Assembly (NCBI GenBank): GCA_964016885.1
Contig: OZ024752.1
Span: 43,958,001 to 44,022,000 of the forward strand
Source: Eledone cirrhosa
Lineage: Eukaryota
Direction of reading: 5' to 3'
DNA length: 64,000 nt
Under the pieces are notes generated by a model, which was not told the DNA's origin, ran no database searches, and saw nothing but the letters and a program-made list of their open reading frames with translations. Numbering within the stretch: position 1 is the stretch's first letter; each line of letters begins with the position of its first letter. Shown in pieces: positions 26,479 to 41,592 of the stretch. The translations under genes and the position numbers were made by a program.

Positions 26479-26596
26479 TGGGCTCTAGGCTAGGGTATGG
26501 TGGTATTGGAGCTCCACCCTGGGGGACAAGATCGCAAAAGCATTCCCATGGAAAATGACCAGCCCCAATGCTGCTGCATCCTAGGCCTAGAGCCCA
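26479..26596 (+). other. GC-rich long stem-loop with multiple G-U pairs
   Basis: Arms 26479-26513 and 26561-26596 pair over ~35 nt. Confidence 0.7.
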
Positions 26597-27291
26597 AATG
26601 ATAGACTACGGGAACATATGTAAGTCTACCTAGAGTCTAGTGGTTCCCCTTGGGTACTGGCCAGTCAGGGACAACATATCAAACCATTGCTAGCAGGGAA
26701 AATGGATGTTAAATGATGATATATGACCGAAACTTGGATAGTTTGCTTTCTTCGGTTGAGTAGATAATATTGGTAAATAATTTCAATATATCTTCAATTG
26801 TGCATTAAACAGCAAAGGTATGTGGTTGGTTGTTCTGATATATATACTACCACTCCTCACTTTATCACTAGGCATTGTACCACCAACCTAGATGTAAAAC
26901 AGTTTGTTCACATATTCTGCTTTAGATTATTTACAAATAATAGTCCTTGAATGCAGTTTCTTAGGCATGTGGGGGAAACTTGGAGGTATTATCAAGAAGA
27001 ATGAAAACTTTGAATGGAATACTCTTCTCAAACAATATTGCTGGTAAGCAGTCTTTAAAAAGATCCTGCCTTGGGTAGTTTATATTTTACAATGTTCTTA
27101 AATATCTCTTGGCTCTCTGAATGATGAATGAAGAACAACTTAAACCGAGGTATATTCCTACCCAACAACAAGATTATTAACCTTTCGATGTATTGTCAGA
27201 TATTGGTAACATTTTATTCTATTTTAATGAAAGATGTAAAATTTTATAATTTGTGAATGGCTTGCAATTAATACAATCAACACTGACTAAG

Positions 27292-27489
27292 TAAACCTTT
27301 AGTATTTACATTACCCTACTATTACCTCACATAATTACCTCACATAATATCGTATCTAGGAGATTTTAATATTATTTATTTTAATACAATACCTTAACAT
27401 CAGTATGAGTGGCCAGTATGATTGGTTTGAACAGAAAGAGGTGAGAGAATTCTCGCTGGATACGGCTGGTTTAAATGTTAAAGGGTTAA
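27292..27489. mobile_element. piggyBac-type MITE copy
   Basis: Same internal sequence, right end AAAGGGTTAA. Confidence 0.75.
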
Positions 27490-27544
27490 GGATGAATGCA
27501 AAGTAGATTTGATGACTGTTGCCGCTTTCTCAGTCACTATTCTC

Positions 27545-28717
27545 ATACAGTGGGAGGTAGTGTTGTTATGTTAGGTATACAATACCAGTGATACAGTGGG
27601 GGTAGTGTTGTTATGTTAGGTATACAATACCAGTGATACAGTGGGGGTAGTGTTGTTATGTTAGGTATGCAATACCAGTGATACAGTAGGGGTAGTGTTG
27701 TTATGTTAGGTATACAATACCAGTGATACAGTGGGGGTAGTGTTGTTATGTTAGGTATACAATACCAGTGATACAGTGGGGGTAGTGTTGTTATGTTAGG
27801 TATACAATACCAGTGATACAGTGGGGGTAGTGTTGTTATGTTAGGTATACAATACCAGTGATACAGTGGGAGGTAGTGTTGTTATGTTAGGTATACAATA
27901 CCAGTGATACAGTGAGGGTAGTGTTGTTATGTTAGGTATACAATACCAGTGATACAGTGGGAGGTAGTGTTGTTATGTTAGGTATACAATACCAGTGATA
28001 CAGTGGGGGTAGTGTTGTTATGTTAGGTATACAATACCAGTTTATACAGTGGGGGTAGTGTTGTTATGTTAGGTATACAATACCAGTGATACAGTGGGGG
28101 TAGTGTTGTTATGTTAGGTATGCAATACCAGTGATACAGTGGGGGTAGTGTTGTTATGTTAGGTATCCAATACCAGTGATACAGTGGGGGTAGTGTTGTT
28201 ATGTTAGGTATGCAATACCAGTGATACAGTGGGGGTAGTGTTGTTATGTTAGGTATGCAATACCAGTGATACAGTGGGGGTAGTGTTGTTATGTTAGGTA
28301 TGCAATACCAGTGATACAGTGGGGGTAGTGTTGTTATGTTAGGTATGCAATACCAGTGATACAGTGGGGGTAGTGTTGTTATGTTAGGTATACAATACCA
28401 GTGATACAGTGGGGGTAGTGTTGTTATGTTAGGTATGCAATACCAGTGATACAGTGGGGGTAGTGTTGTTATGTTAGGTATACAATACCAGTGATACAGT
28501 GGGGGTAGTGTTGTTATGTTAGGTATGCAATACCAGTGATACAGTGGGGGTAGTGTTGTTATGTTAGGTATGCAATACCAGTGATACAGTGGGGGTAGTG
28601 TTGTTATGTTAGGTATGCAATACCAGTGATACAGTGGGGGTAGTGTTGTTATGTTAGGTATACAATACCAGTGATACAGTGGGGGTAGTGTTGTTATGTT
28701 AGGTATACAATACCAGT
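27545..28717. repeat. Minisatellite, 45-bp unit x ~26
   Basis: ATACAGTGGGGGTAGTGTTGTTATGTTAGGTATRCAATACCAGTG. Confidence 0.97.
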
Positions 28718-28791
28718 CATGTGAGTAGTTGTTAAACGAGATGGGTGTTTAGTGAAGAGTGGCAGCTTAAATAATATATACATACATACAT

Positions 28792-28827
<36 letters not shown>

Positions 28828-28882
28828 AGGTAGTGTCCCACCATAGCTGCACTACCCCCAATGGGCTTGAAGGAGTAAAAGA

Positions 28883-28962
<80 letters not shown>

Positions 28963-28979
28963 GTATATATATGTTTTTC

Positions 28980-29145
28980 ACCGCTCCAAATAATGACGTA
29001 TTATATTCTTTGCCAGGGAACGTTTCCACGAGTCAAAGTATCGTCTTCCTGTCTTCCTCCGGTTGCAACGTTTTTTGAAATATTCACTTCTGCGTTCACA
29101 GATTGACTTTGTTAGTTTCAGAAGATCCCGTTAAGGGTGAAAGCA
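28980..29145 (+). promoter_or_regulatory. Candidate NAA60 promoter / non-coding first exon
   Basis: CpG-enriched patch in AT-rich DNA, CRE-like ATGACGTA, ETS-like CTTCCTG motif, possible donor AAGG|GTGAAA near 29136; strong acceptor at 32190-32191 upstream of the NAA60 ATG. Confidence 0.4.
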
Positions 29146-29197
29146 GCGATTCTTTGCTTAAACTTTAATCTGTTATTTTAATAAATATATATATATA

Positions 29198-29529
29198 TGG
29201 AGGCACATGGCTTATGGGTTAGAGCATTGGCCTTGCAATCGAAAGGTTGTGAGTTCAATTCTCAGACCGGGTGATGTGTTGTTTCCTTGAGCAAGACACT
29301 TTATTTCACATTGCTCCAGTTTACTCAGCTGTAGAAATGAGATGATAGGACTGGGGTCCATATCATTCCACTGCAAAGTGGTCGTGTAGGTGCCACGGCA
29401 AAAAAGTACCCGGCACTCACTGTAAATGAGGTTGGTGTTAGGAAGGGCATCCAGCTGTAGAAATCAAGCCAGCATCAGTTCCCGTCCCACCCTTGCAAGC
29501 AGGGAAAAAGCGGACGTAAAATGAAATGA

Positions 29530-29533
<4 letters not shown>
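29198..29533 (+). mobile_element. tRNA-derived SINE family A
   Basis: Full-length match, preceded by (TA)n. Confidence 0.9.
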
Positions 29534-29579
<46 letters not shown>

Positions 29580-29700
29580 CAGACAGCACATTTGTTAATA
29601 AACAGTAGGTGTTCTAGTTACTTGTTTTTCCACTCTCATACCTGCTTCTATTGCAACAAACACAGTTCTCATTTCTTTGCCTCATTCATTGTGTTTAAGC

Positions 29701-29737
<37 letters not shown>

Positions 29738-29759
29738 AACATATACATACACACATATA

Positions 29760-30080
29760 TATATAGTCACAGGCAGACACACACTCACACACATAAACAT
29801 ATACACACAAACAGATATGCACTCACACACACACATATATATATATAGACACAGACAGATACACACACACATATATAGTCACAGACAGATACACACACAC
29901 ATATATAGTCACAGACAGATACACACACACACACACACACATATATAGTCACAGACAGATACACACATACACACATATATAGTCACAGACAGATACACAC
30001 ACACACACATATATAGTCACAGACAGATACATGCACACACACATATATATATATATATAGTCACAGACAGATACACGCAC
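29760..30080. repeat. Compound CA/TA repeat with ATAGTCACAGACAGATAC unit
   Basis: Directly visible. Confidence 0.85.
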
Positions 30081-30884
30081 ATCTTCCATGCTTATATAAT
30101 AATTTCCACTTCAGAATCTTCAATGTCTTATCTTCTTCTTCTGTCATCCCTCTTTCAGAGGTGAAGCATTCATTTTGCTTTTTCTAATGGCTAGAATATC
30201 CACACCTTCATAAACAACCACACCACCGATGTTGTCTAAGGGAAGGACAATGGCCGATACAGCTTGGCAATTTCTACAGATGTTTTGCTGCTATTTCTAG
30301 CGTCATTATAAGCCTGTCATATTGTCCTAATATATAGAGATATATTTATTTAGTAGTTCAATGACACATGTCACTCATCTATAACTTTATACCTCTCACC
30401 TACCCCCACCACCGAGCAGAGAAGGTTCTTCCATTGGGACTGTGACCAACAGCCTATTTAGTGATGGTGCCATGAAAATGCCCCACGTAAGGTGGTTGGT
30501 AACAAGAAGGGTGCCCTGCTGTAGGAACCATACCTAAAAGGTTTGACAGAACCTTTTAGTTGTGTCAGTGATACAACAATCTCTCTAGTGTTGGTGATCT
30601 ACATTATAAACACACCCAGTACACTCAGTAAAGAAGTTAGTAAGCACCCCGTAGGCATTAAGGTGTAAAAATAAATACTTCAAGAAACCTTACATACGAC
30701 TATAAAAAATGTATGTAAAATATTGTGTGTGTATATGTGTGTTTGTACATGATATGTATGTATATGCATATATATATATATATATATATAATATATATTA
30801 TGTATACTCCAGTCCTACAAACTGTAGAGTGCTTCTTATCCGATATCTGCATTGCTTTATTGTACTACAATAAAACTCACCTCC

Positions 30885-30930
<46 letters not shown>

Positions 30931-32378
30931 TACATATATATGTGTGTGTGTATGTATACGTGTGTGTGTGTGTGTGTATATATATATGTGTACGTATGTG
31001 TATGTATGTGTGTGTATATGTCTGTAAGTATGCAGATATGTATAGTTATTTATTTTTCTAGTATGTATATCTACATTGATGACAGTCACATAAGTTGATA
31101 TCTATTCATGAGTCCTTATCGTCAGCTGCACTGTTTCCCTAGATCTTATGGTTATTGTTTAATAATGCCATACACAGCGTTATGTGACTAGGATACTGTT
31201 CTGCCTCAACTCATCCTCACAGAAATGGTCACAGCTGGTGTGTAGCAACCCTCCAGTTTCTGATGACATATTTACCACATCATTGTGTAATACAAAGAGA
31301 AGTAGGTTTTACATCGTCTATTTTGATATCTAGCAACAGATTGTGAATATATGAGGGTAGGACTAGGTAGCTTTATCTATATGTCACTATCAAGAGTGGG
31401 CATGTCCTTTATCCTGAGTTAGATAAAGAAGAGCACTAATAGTGGACTGACTGGCTTTCAGAAGACTCACCTCTAATGTTAATTAGGTCACCTAGGTAAC
31501 AAAAGCTGCCAGCTACCTGTGGAGAATTGTCCAAGCATTAAGAGTGTCTATATCTTGCGTGTTGTTAGTCTTTACTGCTCCCGTCTTTCTGCTGCATATG
31601 AAGTTATATTCTTTAACTTGCCTCTTATCTCACTGCATCTCCTGTGGACTTATAACACGTATGTGTGTTTGCTAGTGAAAACAAAAGTGTCATCTGAATA
31701 CTGACTGTGTTGTTGAAACAAAATGATCTATAGAGGACTTTAGGTGAAATGTTTTCAAAATGGTAAAGCTACACTTCCCTTTAGTGACAGTTAAAAGAAA
31801 GAGGCAGGCTACTGTGAGATATATGTGTGGGATAGGGAGATACTACTCAAAGTAGAACTCTCTAAAATAGGTAAACTCAAACTTTTGATAAGGATTGCTA
31901 AAATATGTACCAGATAAACTGCTGGGGGATCTCTAAAGTCAACTAAAATACCATTGAAAGCAATGCTTTAGTTAAGTCAGAGTTAAATAACTGAAATCAA
32001 TAAAAGGAAAAAATATAAAACTGCAGGACTATTAATTTCTTTACTGAAAAGTATACTTTCTAAATATTTTCTTAAGGTAAGGAAAACACCTAAAACGTGT
32101 TAACTTAATTTGAAATAATAATATAATTCTATAAACACTCCAACTATATTTTTTTTGTAACTAAATTTTCAATTTTTTTTCCTTCTTCCAGCCATCAAAT
32201 ACTTCTGTAGTAAAAAGAACAGCCCTGCAATATAAAGTTTAATGAGATTATGCCTGTAAGATTAAAAAGCTTGTTGGCCAGCTGGGAGTTGCTTGTGACC
32301 AACAGTAACATTTTTACACCATCTTTGGTGTTTGCTAGGTTATACTGATGACCAGAATGAAGCTGTTTTGACTGCTTC

Positions 32379-32488
32379 ATGAACCAGGCAGTGTCTTTTG
32401 GAGTTCAGCGGGAAGTACAGTTGAGATTCCTATGTCCAGATGACATTGATGAAGTAAAGCGCTTGTGTACAGAATGGTTTCCCATTGA
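32379..32488 (+). CDS. NAA60: NAA60 coding exon 1
   Basis: MNQAVSFGVQREVQLRFLCPDDIDEVKRLCTEWFPIE; donor GTAAGT. Confidence 0.95.
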
Positions 32489-34120
32489 GTAAGTTCTTGT
32501 TTCTTCTTTACCTTTTATTCTTTATTGTTCAGCATTTATTAACATCCCTGTAGGGGAATTTATATGAGATTTTGATGTTATTTATTTTGAGAACAATACC
32601 TTAACATCAGTATGAGTAGTCAGTTTGAAGAGAAAGAGGTGAGAGAATTCTGGCCAGATATGGCTGGTTTAAATGCTAAAGGGTTAAGGTGACGCAGTCC
32701 TTGTGGTGTTTTGAACTTTTCAAGAATGTCTTGATAATGCTGTTTCATGTGGTACAGGATGTTAAGAATTAAATAGCAGGGAAAATATAAACTAATATCT
32801 TTTGTTTAAATTTGAACTCCATTAATAAGGATCAAGGTTATCTCTGTCATTGCCCTGCCATAGATCTGAGATACTCTAGAAATTCCTGGAAGACTACCAA
32901 TTTTATATTCTACTAAGTATGGTGTAACAGGAATAGTTGAAAAGTGGCACATAACAGAAAATTGATTAAATAAGTATGAGTGAAACAACATTTTATACCT
33001 AGTTTCATTGACCTCCTGTGGTACTATTTGTGCAACACATATGTGTGGCTGTCACACTCCAGTTGATGAATGTATGTTGTTTACTGAACAAATTTACATG
33101 TATTTATGTAAATAGCAATAACTTTCTGCATTGGTATTAATTGCTCTCAGGTAAAACTGTTCTGTAAAATACCTGGGTAACCAAATTAGCAATGGAGGAG
33201 GATGTTCTGAAAGTACAGTAGCCAGAGTGTGAACAGGATGGAGAAAGTTCAGAGAGTTACTACATTTGCTAACTGCAAAAGGTTTTTTTCTTGAAAGCTG
33301 GACATGTTCGAAATCTGATCTCCCACTGTGATGTTCCCACAACAACAAGCTATAAGTCCACTCTTTATGTTGATCCTGTACCACAACAATAAAAGTACCC
33401 AGTCCACACTGTAATGTGGTCGGCATTAGGAAGGGTATCCAGCTGTAGATACTAAGCCAAAAATACAGGTCCATATGAGCAGGACATGGTCTCTAGATCT
33501 AACTTGTCTTATAATGTAACAACCCATCTAACCCATGCAAACATTGAAAAATAGACATGAAATGATGATGATGATAATGATAATGATGGTGATGGTGGGA
33601 TGGTGAGGGTGATTTATAATCAGTAGTGGCTGCAACATTCAGGCTACTTATATTAAGCCCAAGTAGCCCAACTGTCAAATCTATTTTAAGCCATCAAAAA
33701 ATATTTCGGAACACTAATTTCATTGCTGACTTGTAATATTTGCCTGGACTCATAAATATGACTCAGGTTGAGAAATTCCCATCTGAACTACTAAAAATAA
33801 AACAATCTTAGTTGCTTTTAATTCATTATTTTCTGAGGAAAAATATAACTTTCTTTCAACTTTATAGATGTTATATAAACCAAATATAATCCCTGCCCCG
33901 GCCCAGTAAAATTAACTAAAATTAACGAGGTGACAATATTTTCCAAAGAGATTATAGCTTTAGTGTTAATTACAAATGTTATATGAACAAACATTTGGTG
34001 GTGGAGGGCTCGGGAGGTAGACATGTCAGAAAAACAACACTACTACCCATGATACTCTCTAAGATATTTTCTAATTAAACATTTTCTCACATTCATTATT
34101 GAAGTTTCCAGAATATGTAT

Positions 34121-34151
<31 letters not shown>

Positions 34152-36274
34152 TTTGTTTATTTATCCAGCAATTTGCATTTTACTAGAATTTTCATTGCTT
34201 CACAAGAATTGTTTCTTTTTCAAAGTACAGTGGAACCATGGTTCACAAATGTCTCGCATGACAAACAAATCAATTCATGTATAATTTTTCCAAACATAAA
34301 ACGTCTCCGTTGACAAACGGTGTCTTGAGTGACAAACACAAAAACTGGCATCAATGGTTGGTAACAAGCTGGCAGTATTAGTAGGAATACGTCAGTTGTT
34401 GTGTAGTTAGTTACTATGGTGATATCTCTCTCTCAAACTGTATTTCTCTCTCAGATGACTAACAGCTTTCAGGAATGAATCAGGTTCATGAACTGAGGTT
34501 CCACTGTATTACATTATAATTTTTTACTTTTTTTTTAGGTTCAAATTTAAAAAAAAAAGAAATTTTATTATAATTGTAACAGATTTTATTTCAAAATACT
34601 CAGATATATTTCTAGAATAAATGAAAATGTGATAAAGATACAACTGAAATTAAGTTCCCCATTACTTTCTTGTTAAAGTTGGCATTGTCCTCTCTAACAA
34701 CATTAGATTCAGTATGACCAAGACAGTTTTATTAAACTGATGTGCTTCTTAATAAGTTGCTGTCAAAAGAAATTGCATTGAATCAATAAATGGAAGAATT
34801 GAAGATTTGTAGAATGCAAAAATTAATCATATATGGAATTTAGTTTCAAAGGAAAATGGTTGGGAGAATAGGAAATGTATAAGAATTTTTCTTTTTCTGA
34901 ATGGCTTTCTTTTTGCCATTTTTCTTTTACATTTTCTACCTCTGTCAATCCAGGATTCCATGATTCTATTTGCCAGTGATTATCTTCCTATTGTTGGAAT
35001 CCCATCTGAGGTTTCCATTAATTGTTACCACTTTCACATCTTAAGTATTATAGTAATTACTTTCTTTATCACAGCTTTGTGTATGGGTAATATGTGTCAG
35101 ATGAGGAGAGAAAAAGGGAGAGAGGGAGAAACGGGGAGAGAGAAAGGGAGATGAGGAAGAGAGAGAGAGAAAATAAGAGAGAGAGAGAGAGAGTCTTATC
35201 AAAGAGATAATAGAACTCTCCCAAAGAAAGTTGCATAAAGTGAACTAATCAGTGGAATTGATTGAAAAGTGAAATGAAGCAATGTTTAGATTAGAAGAAG
35301 GATGCTGCAATAAACTGGTGAAACTGAGCAGTGAAACTGAATTTTACATCAAGATTATCTGAAATTAGAAAGGAAAAAATAATAAAGGAAATGAGAGAAC
35401 AATTGGATGTGTGTTTAGTACTAGAGTAATTTTAAGTGAGGACATATCACTTCAAAGTGAGAATAGTGTTTTCAATGTGAGCAATGTATATGTCAGATCA
35501 AAACAAGAATAATGATTTGAAAGTGAGAATATATGTCAACAAGTTTCTATTGGGAAATTCCTAATCCTGAAACTCCTAATCCACCTTTACATTTCACTGA
35601 GAAAAACATCTAACATCATCATCATCATCGTTTAATGCCCATTTTCCACTCTAGCATGGGTTAGACATCAACCAATATAATTGTGTTGCTCATGACACCA
35701 TTTTCTTACATCATTTCAACCTATCAGTAGACATTAAGCACGTCAGACAAGTTGACTCCGGCACTGGTCTTTATGTGTATGATGTTAGCATTAGGGTAAC
35801 TCCTCTCAGCCCTGTTTTCTTGAATCCAGTGGTTTTGCTATAAATATTTAAAAAAAACATTAATTTACTTTATTTTATTTACTTTAAAATAATATTTAAT
35901 GTGATTCTAAAGTTTCCTCATGCATTATTCTTTGTTTCATTTTTTATTATATGAAGCAGATGAGAGATAAATCTAACTCTGGAGTGTTTATAAAAGTATC
36001 TTTTCCTAGTGATCTACAATTTATTCCTGAAAACTGTATTGCATTTGAAATCAGATCGTTTCATCTGGTAAAACAATACCATATTTTAGTCGGCCATTTT
36101 ACTTCCTGAAAACAATATGGCCTCCACCAAATATTTCATATCCAAATTTTGATTTCTAGACCTGGTTTAAAGTCAATTTTGATGCATCATTGATAAGCCT
36201 CATAAACAGAAAGCTTTATTTCCATCATATCAGTATATTTTCTCTCTCTGTCTTTCCCTTTCTCTCTCTCTCTG

Positions 36275-36327
<53 letters not shown>

Positions 36328-36695
36328 ATGTGTGTATATGTATATATGTATGTATGTGTGTGTATATGTATATATGTGTATGTATATGTATATATGTATG
36401 TATATGTGTGTGAATGCGTGTATATGTATATATATATATATGTGTGTATGTGTGTATATGTATATATGTATGTGTTTGCTGCAAATTAAATAAAAGGATT
36501 GCGTTGAAAGTCATTGGGCAACTGAATCAACTTGGCAAACCTCCCAGAGTGATGAATAAATTATTGTTTACATTGTTGGGTAAAAAAAGGTCATTCAGCT
36601 CGGCTTCTAACACTGCTCACATATCAATGGTATTTTCATTGATGTGTTTTCAGCGCAATGCCTCTGTATTTATATGAAAGTCTCTGTGGTAATTA

Positions 36696-36774
<79 letters not shown>

Positions 36775-37897
36775 ACATGCTCACACACACAAATTCAAGC
36801 TCATATTTGAGTGTGTGTGGACTTATGAAAGCACACTGAAATACATATGTATAAACATGTACATATATTAAAAACATAAAAATACTAACATATGATATAT
36901 ATGTATAAATGTGTACACATATACATATACACACTGATACACACACACATTCTCATAAACACATGCTCACACAGGTACATACAGACTCGCATGTGTATGT
37001 GTCAGTGTTTTTATTTGTATATTTGATGTTATTCTTCAGGTTAAATTTAGTGGTAACCTAGATCAGTAAAATATATTCTAGGCTGGATACAGAGCCTTAA
37101 CTAAGGTATGGCAAGCATAGAAGGTTCCATGGGTGCCACTTGGACTAGGAGCACAGTCTATTAAAGTCAAATAAGCCTCATGGGAGAGTGAAAAAAGAAA
37201 CTCCTTCAGAGTCTGTCTCTGATTATCATGGCTGAGAACACTATGGTGGCTGGATCATTAAACCTTTTATATTAGGACCATAGGCAAAAATACAGTGCTG
37301 GGTAGGGGCACAATTTCACTGCTTGCCATAGGGGCTATTTTGCCTAGTTATGGCTTTGGCTGGATATGATATAACCTTTCAATGTGTTATCTATTACAAC
37401 CGATAACAATCTATTGAGATACATCCTGTTTTAAATACTGGTATTAGAATGACACTGCATAATGGCAACTAAACAGAGAAGACAGACGTACACAGCCAAT
37501 TAGTTACATGTTACATATTTAAATATGTCAAGCAGCTTACCAACTGAGGAATAGTTTTGTCCTCCACCAGTCAAACAAATGATTCATGGGTGGAGAGATG
37601 AAGGTGGATTGAAATTGTTGTTGGCAAAGGTATGCTCATGGTGTCCAAGTGGTCTGTGGAAGAAAACAGTATTAGTAGTGTAGGGTTTAAGGTGTGGTCA
37701 AGGTGGTCATAGTGTCCAAGTAGTCTGTGGAAGAAAGGGTTAAAGACAGGTAATGTCTTTCATTAGAAATATCGTAGTGAAAGGGTTAAAGACAGTATAT
37801 TAAATATGGCATCTGAAGTTGTCTGTGACACTCCCAAGATATATATTTACATTAAAGATTAATCTCAAAAACTCTTTCTCTCTCACTCTCTATCACT

Positions 37898-37930
<33 letters not shown>

Positions 37931-40900
37931 GTATATGTAGGTACATACATACTCAATTATCTATATGTTGTGCTCTCTCTCTCTCTCTCTCAATATAATT
38001 GGGTATGTGGTTGCCCTATTAGTCTCCATAACATATGGTGTAGATCAATTGGGTTCCCTGCTACCTGGTGTTTGCCTATACCTTCAAAACCCCTGCATGA
38101 TCTCTTCGAATGTAAGTAAGCCTGATGGACAATTTATAAGAATCATGTTCACTACTGCTCTACTAAATCAATACACATTCTACATTAAATATTTTTGTGA
38201 AATATTTCCTGGAAATATTTCATAAAAATATCTCTATTCCAAAATATACCTTGTTAATTATAAGTTATATTAAATGTCACATGTGTCTTTTAAACATGGA
38301 AATACATTGTCACATGTGGTGTCTTATAAACATGGAAATACAGTATATTGTGATATGTACATTAATGTCACCTGTGTTGTCTTTTAAGCATAGAAATACA
38401 TTGTCACATGAGGTGTCTTATAAACAGGGAAATACAGTTTATTGTGATTGCAAATAAATAAATAAAAAAGTTTTATATGCTGTAGAAATTTTCTACTTAC
38501 TTGGAAAATAAATATCATTGTTAAATCTTATGTTAGAATAACCCATGATAGAATGGAAAACAGACGTTAAATGATGATGATGGTGATGATTTAGCTGTAA
38601 GAAAAATACCTCCAATGCGAATATCCCAATTTACAGAACAATCAAATCTGCCATGGAATAATAGACATAAAAATATAAAACAAAAGAAACATTCTCCTCT
38701 GCTGTCTTAAACACATTTAACATTTCTCATTGATTTTGTTTTCTGGTTTTGTAAATAGTGTAAATTGTGAAATAAGTGTTCTTGTGAACAGATTTGTGTG
38801 TTAGCTTTTTGTTGTATTTTTAAAGAAACTATTGGGTTATTAGAATCCCACGGCTATTATTTATTCACCATCACCGCAGTAGCTGTAAGTAGTTTTTTGT
38901 CACAGGGAAATACAATAGACTGTATAATTAAATAGCTGTTGTTTTATTGAAGTCATGTCTGTTGTTTATCATACTACAACTAGACTATATCTCAATAACA
39001 CAGTCCACCTTGTAGTATAGTGTATACAAGTGTTACATGAGAATACAATTTATTTTCATAGGTACCAAAGACACTGTGTACCTATTATGTATCCTTTGTG
39101 ATCATATTTCTAATGTTCTAATATATCTTATCTGTTCTAATATATCCACACTAGACAAGGATATCTGTTTTAATATATCTTATCTGTTTTAATATATCAT
39201 ATCTGTTCTAATTTATCCACACTAGTCAAGCAATTCTTATATTTTTTCTTTCTCTTCTGCAGATATCCAGATTCTTGGTACCAGGACATCACGTCCAATG
39301 CCAAATTCTACTCTCTTGCTGCGACCTATTATTCTAGGATAATTGGCCTCATTGTTGCTGAGGTTAAATCTAAAACAAAGCTTAACAGAGAGGTGAGTTT
39401 TAGCTAGTACCTATACCACTGAATAGTGAAACAATTAACCCTTTTCATATGAAATCATGCGATTTCCATCATGCAAAACAGTTTACCTCATAGTCAGGTA
39501 TTGAATTTATTGATCTCATTTTGTTGGGATTTAAACAAACAACATTCAACATTCGTTGTTAAAAAATGTCGACATGAAGACAGACAGGTACACACACATA
39601 TATATATATGCGTGTATATATATATATCTATGTGTGTATTTATATAAATCTATATGCAACCAAAATTTGAATTTGTTTCGTTTTCTTCACTTTAAAATTA
39701 TTTCTGAATATTTTAAAATAATTTTTTCACTAATTTCAAAAACATAACAAAATGCAAATATACTTATTTGCTGATGAATTCTTTCTTCATCATCATCATC
39801 ATCGTCATCATCATCACCTTCACCATCATCATTTAACATCCATTTTCCCTGTTAGAAAGGGTTGGACTTAAAAATAAAAATTAAAAAAAATCATTAACAA
39901 CAATAAAACAAAATGTTCTTTGTTCTTGAAGGATGCTGATATTTTAGCTACCCATTACCCGAGCAGCTGTCAAGTGGCTTACATTCTTAGCCTAGGTGTC
40001 GTTGATGAGTTCCGCCGGCATGGTATAGGTAAGTCGACTTTCGAGTTTCACTATTAATCTTCTTCTTGTTGTCGTGTGACATATACACAATAGTTAGAGA
40101 GAGCATTCAATACTAAAAGTTAAAACAGAATTAGATGAAATTATTTTTGTTCAAATGTTGATAGAACCGTTCTGTTGTGTTTTTTGACAAGGTTTGTCGT
40201 TGGTCCAGAAGTCAATACTAGGAAGTGTGTCTACTAGTTTTAACAATTAGTAAATTGACAAAACTAATATCAACATGGAGAAAAAATTGAGACCAGCATA
40301 AATAAAAAACATGTAACTAAAATAAAAAATATTGTGACTTTCAGAAACATTTTTTCCCACTCGAAGTTGCTGAAGCATGGAAAAAACAACCTGCATCAGT
40401 TGTTAGCTGTTGGGACACTGCATCCTTCAAAACTTCCATGAAATTCGCCAACACTATACCTGATACCCCCCCCCCCCCATACACACACTTGTATCTGTGA
40501 GTGTATCATGACTCATACACTGTTCACTTTCCTGACATTTCTACATTATTCTATGTACTATACATGCACCTTTGATGAGTTTTAGTGCACCTGAGCACTG
40601 TACACAATAATTTTCATTATTATTAAACGAAGACCGAGAGGGAGCGCTTGGAGACTGGAATGTCTTCAGGCGCTCACAGCCCTCGACCAATCAGGCAATG
40701 TGATCGGTGGAAACTCCACCTTGGCGTTCTATAGAGGATTAGTGGAGGGGAAGAGCGACGACGTACTTGAAGAAACTCTAGGCATCGACGAAAATCAACC
40801 AGCCAATCTCTTCGGAAGAACTTTCGGGCCGGGGCCTATGGACAACTTCAAGAAATCCCTGGCCTGACAGTGCTACCGAGGAGCTTTGCCAGTTCGGGAT

Positions 40901-41592
40901 AAACTCTACAGGTATGGAGGTGCCGTCAGCCGGGCATGTCCGAGATGCGCGCAGGGCGACGAAACCGTCCTGCACGCACTCGTCCAGTGTCCGAGCATTG
41001 CTGACTTGTGGGTTTATGTCGAACACCTGCTGTCATGTGTAGGACGGATCCAGCTATCAGCTGAGTCCATCGTGAGGATTGCCCCGCCCTCTTCCTTTAG
41101 CCGGGAAGGGCAGGCAGTTTTTATCTGTCTGGTGGCCATGGCAAAAGAGATAGTATGGTGGACACGTTTGAAAGGGCTGAAGACAAGCACTTACCTCTTT
41201 GGTGATGCCCTGATTAACTTTTTCAAATTTCATTTGAAAAGGAAAATCAGAGTAGAGAGGGAAGTGCTCTCTTCCCAGCATTTTGTTGAAAGATGGGTGA
41301 GAGAAGCAAGTATGGCCCGAGAGAATAGGCCTACTCTGAGTATGTGTCTGTAAATTAAAGGTGGAAAACTGGGAGCGGGCACTTGCCCTGGTGGTCAGGG
41401 TCACTGTGACCTTTTAATGGGCTTTCTCCACAAATGTCCCTCGGAAGTCTCCCCCCTATTGGGGAATTTTTCATTGTTATTTTTTTGTTACATCCTCTGT
41501 TTTTGTTTTTTACACGCAGAAATGCCCATTTGTACCGTCCTGTATTGTCCTTAATGTCTACTTTATGTAAACCCTTGTGGTTAATAAAGAAA

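Noticed and set aside
36088-36128. YY1/ETS-like motifs in an NAA60 intron (also AAAATGGCCGCC at ~44807)
   Set aside because: Isolated short motifs without CpG-rich context or a downstream exon
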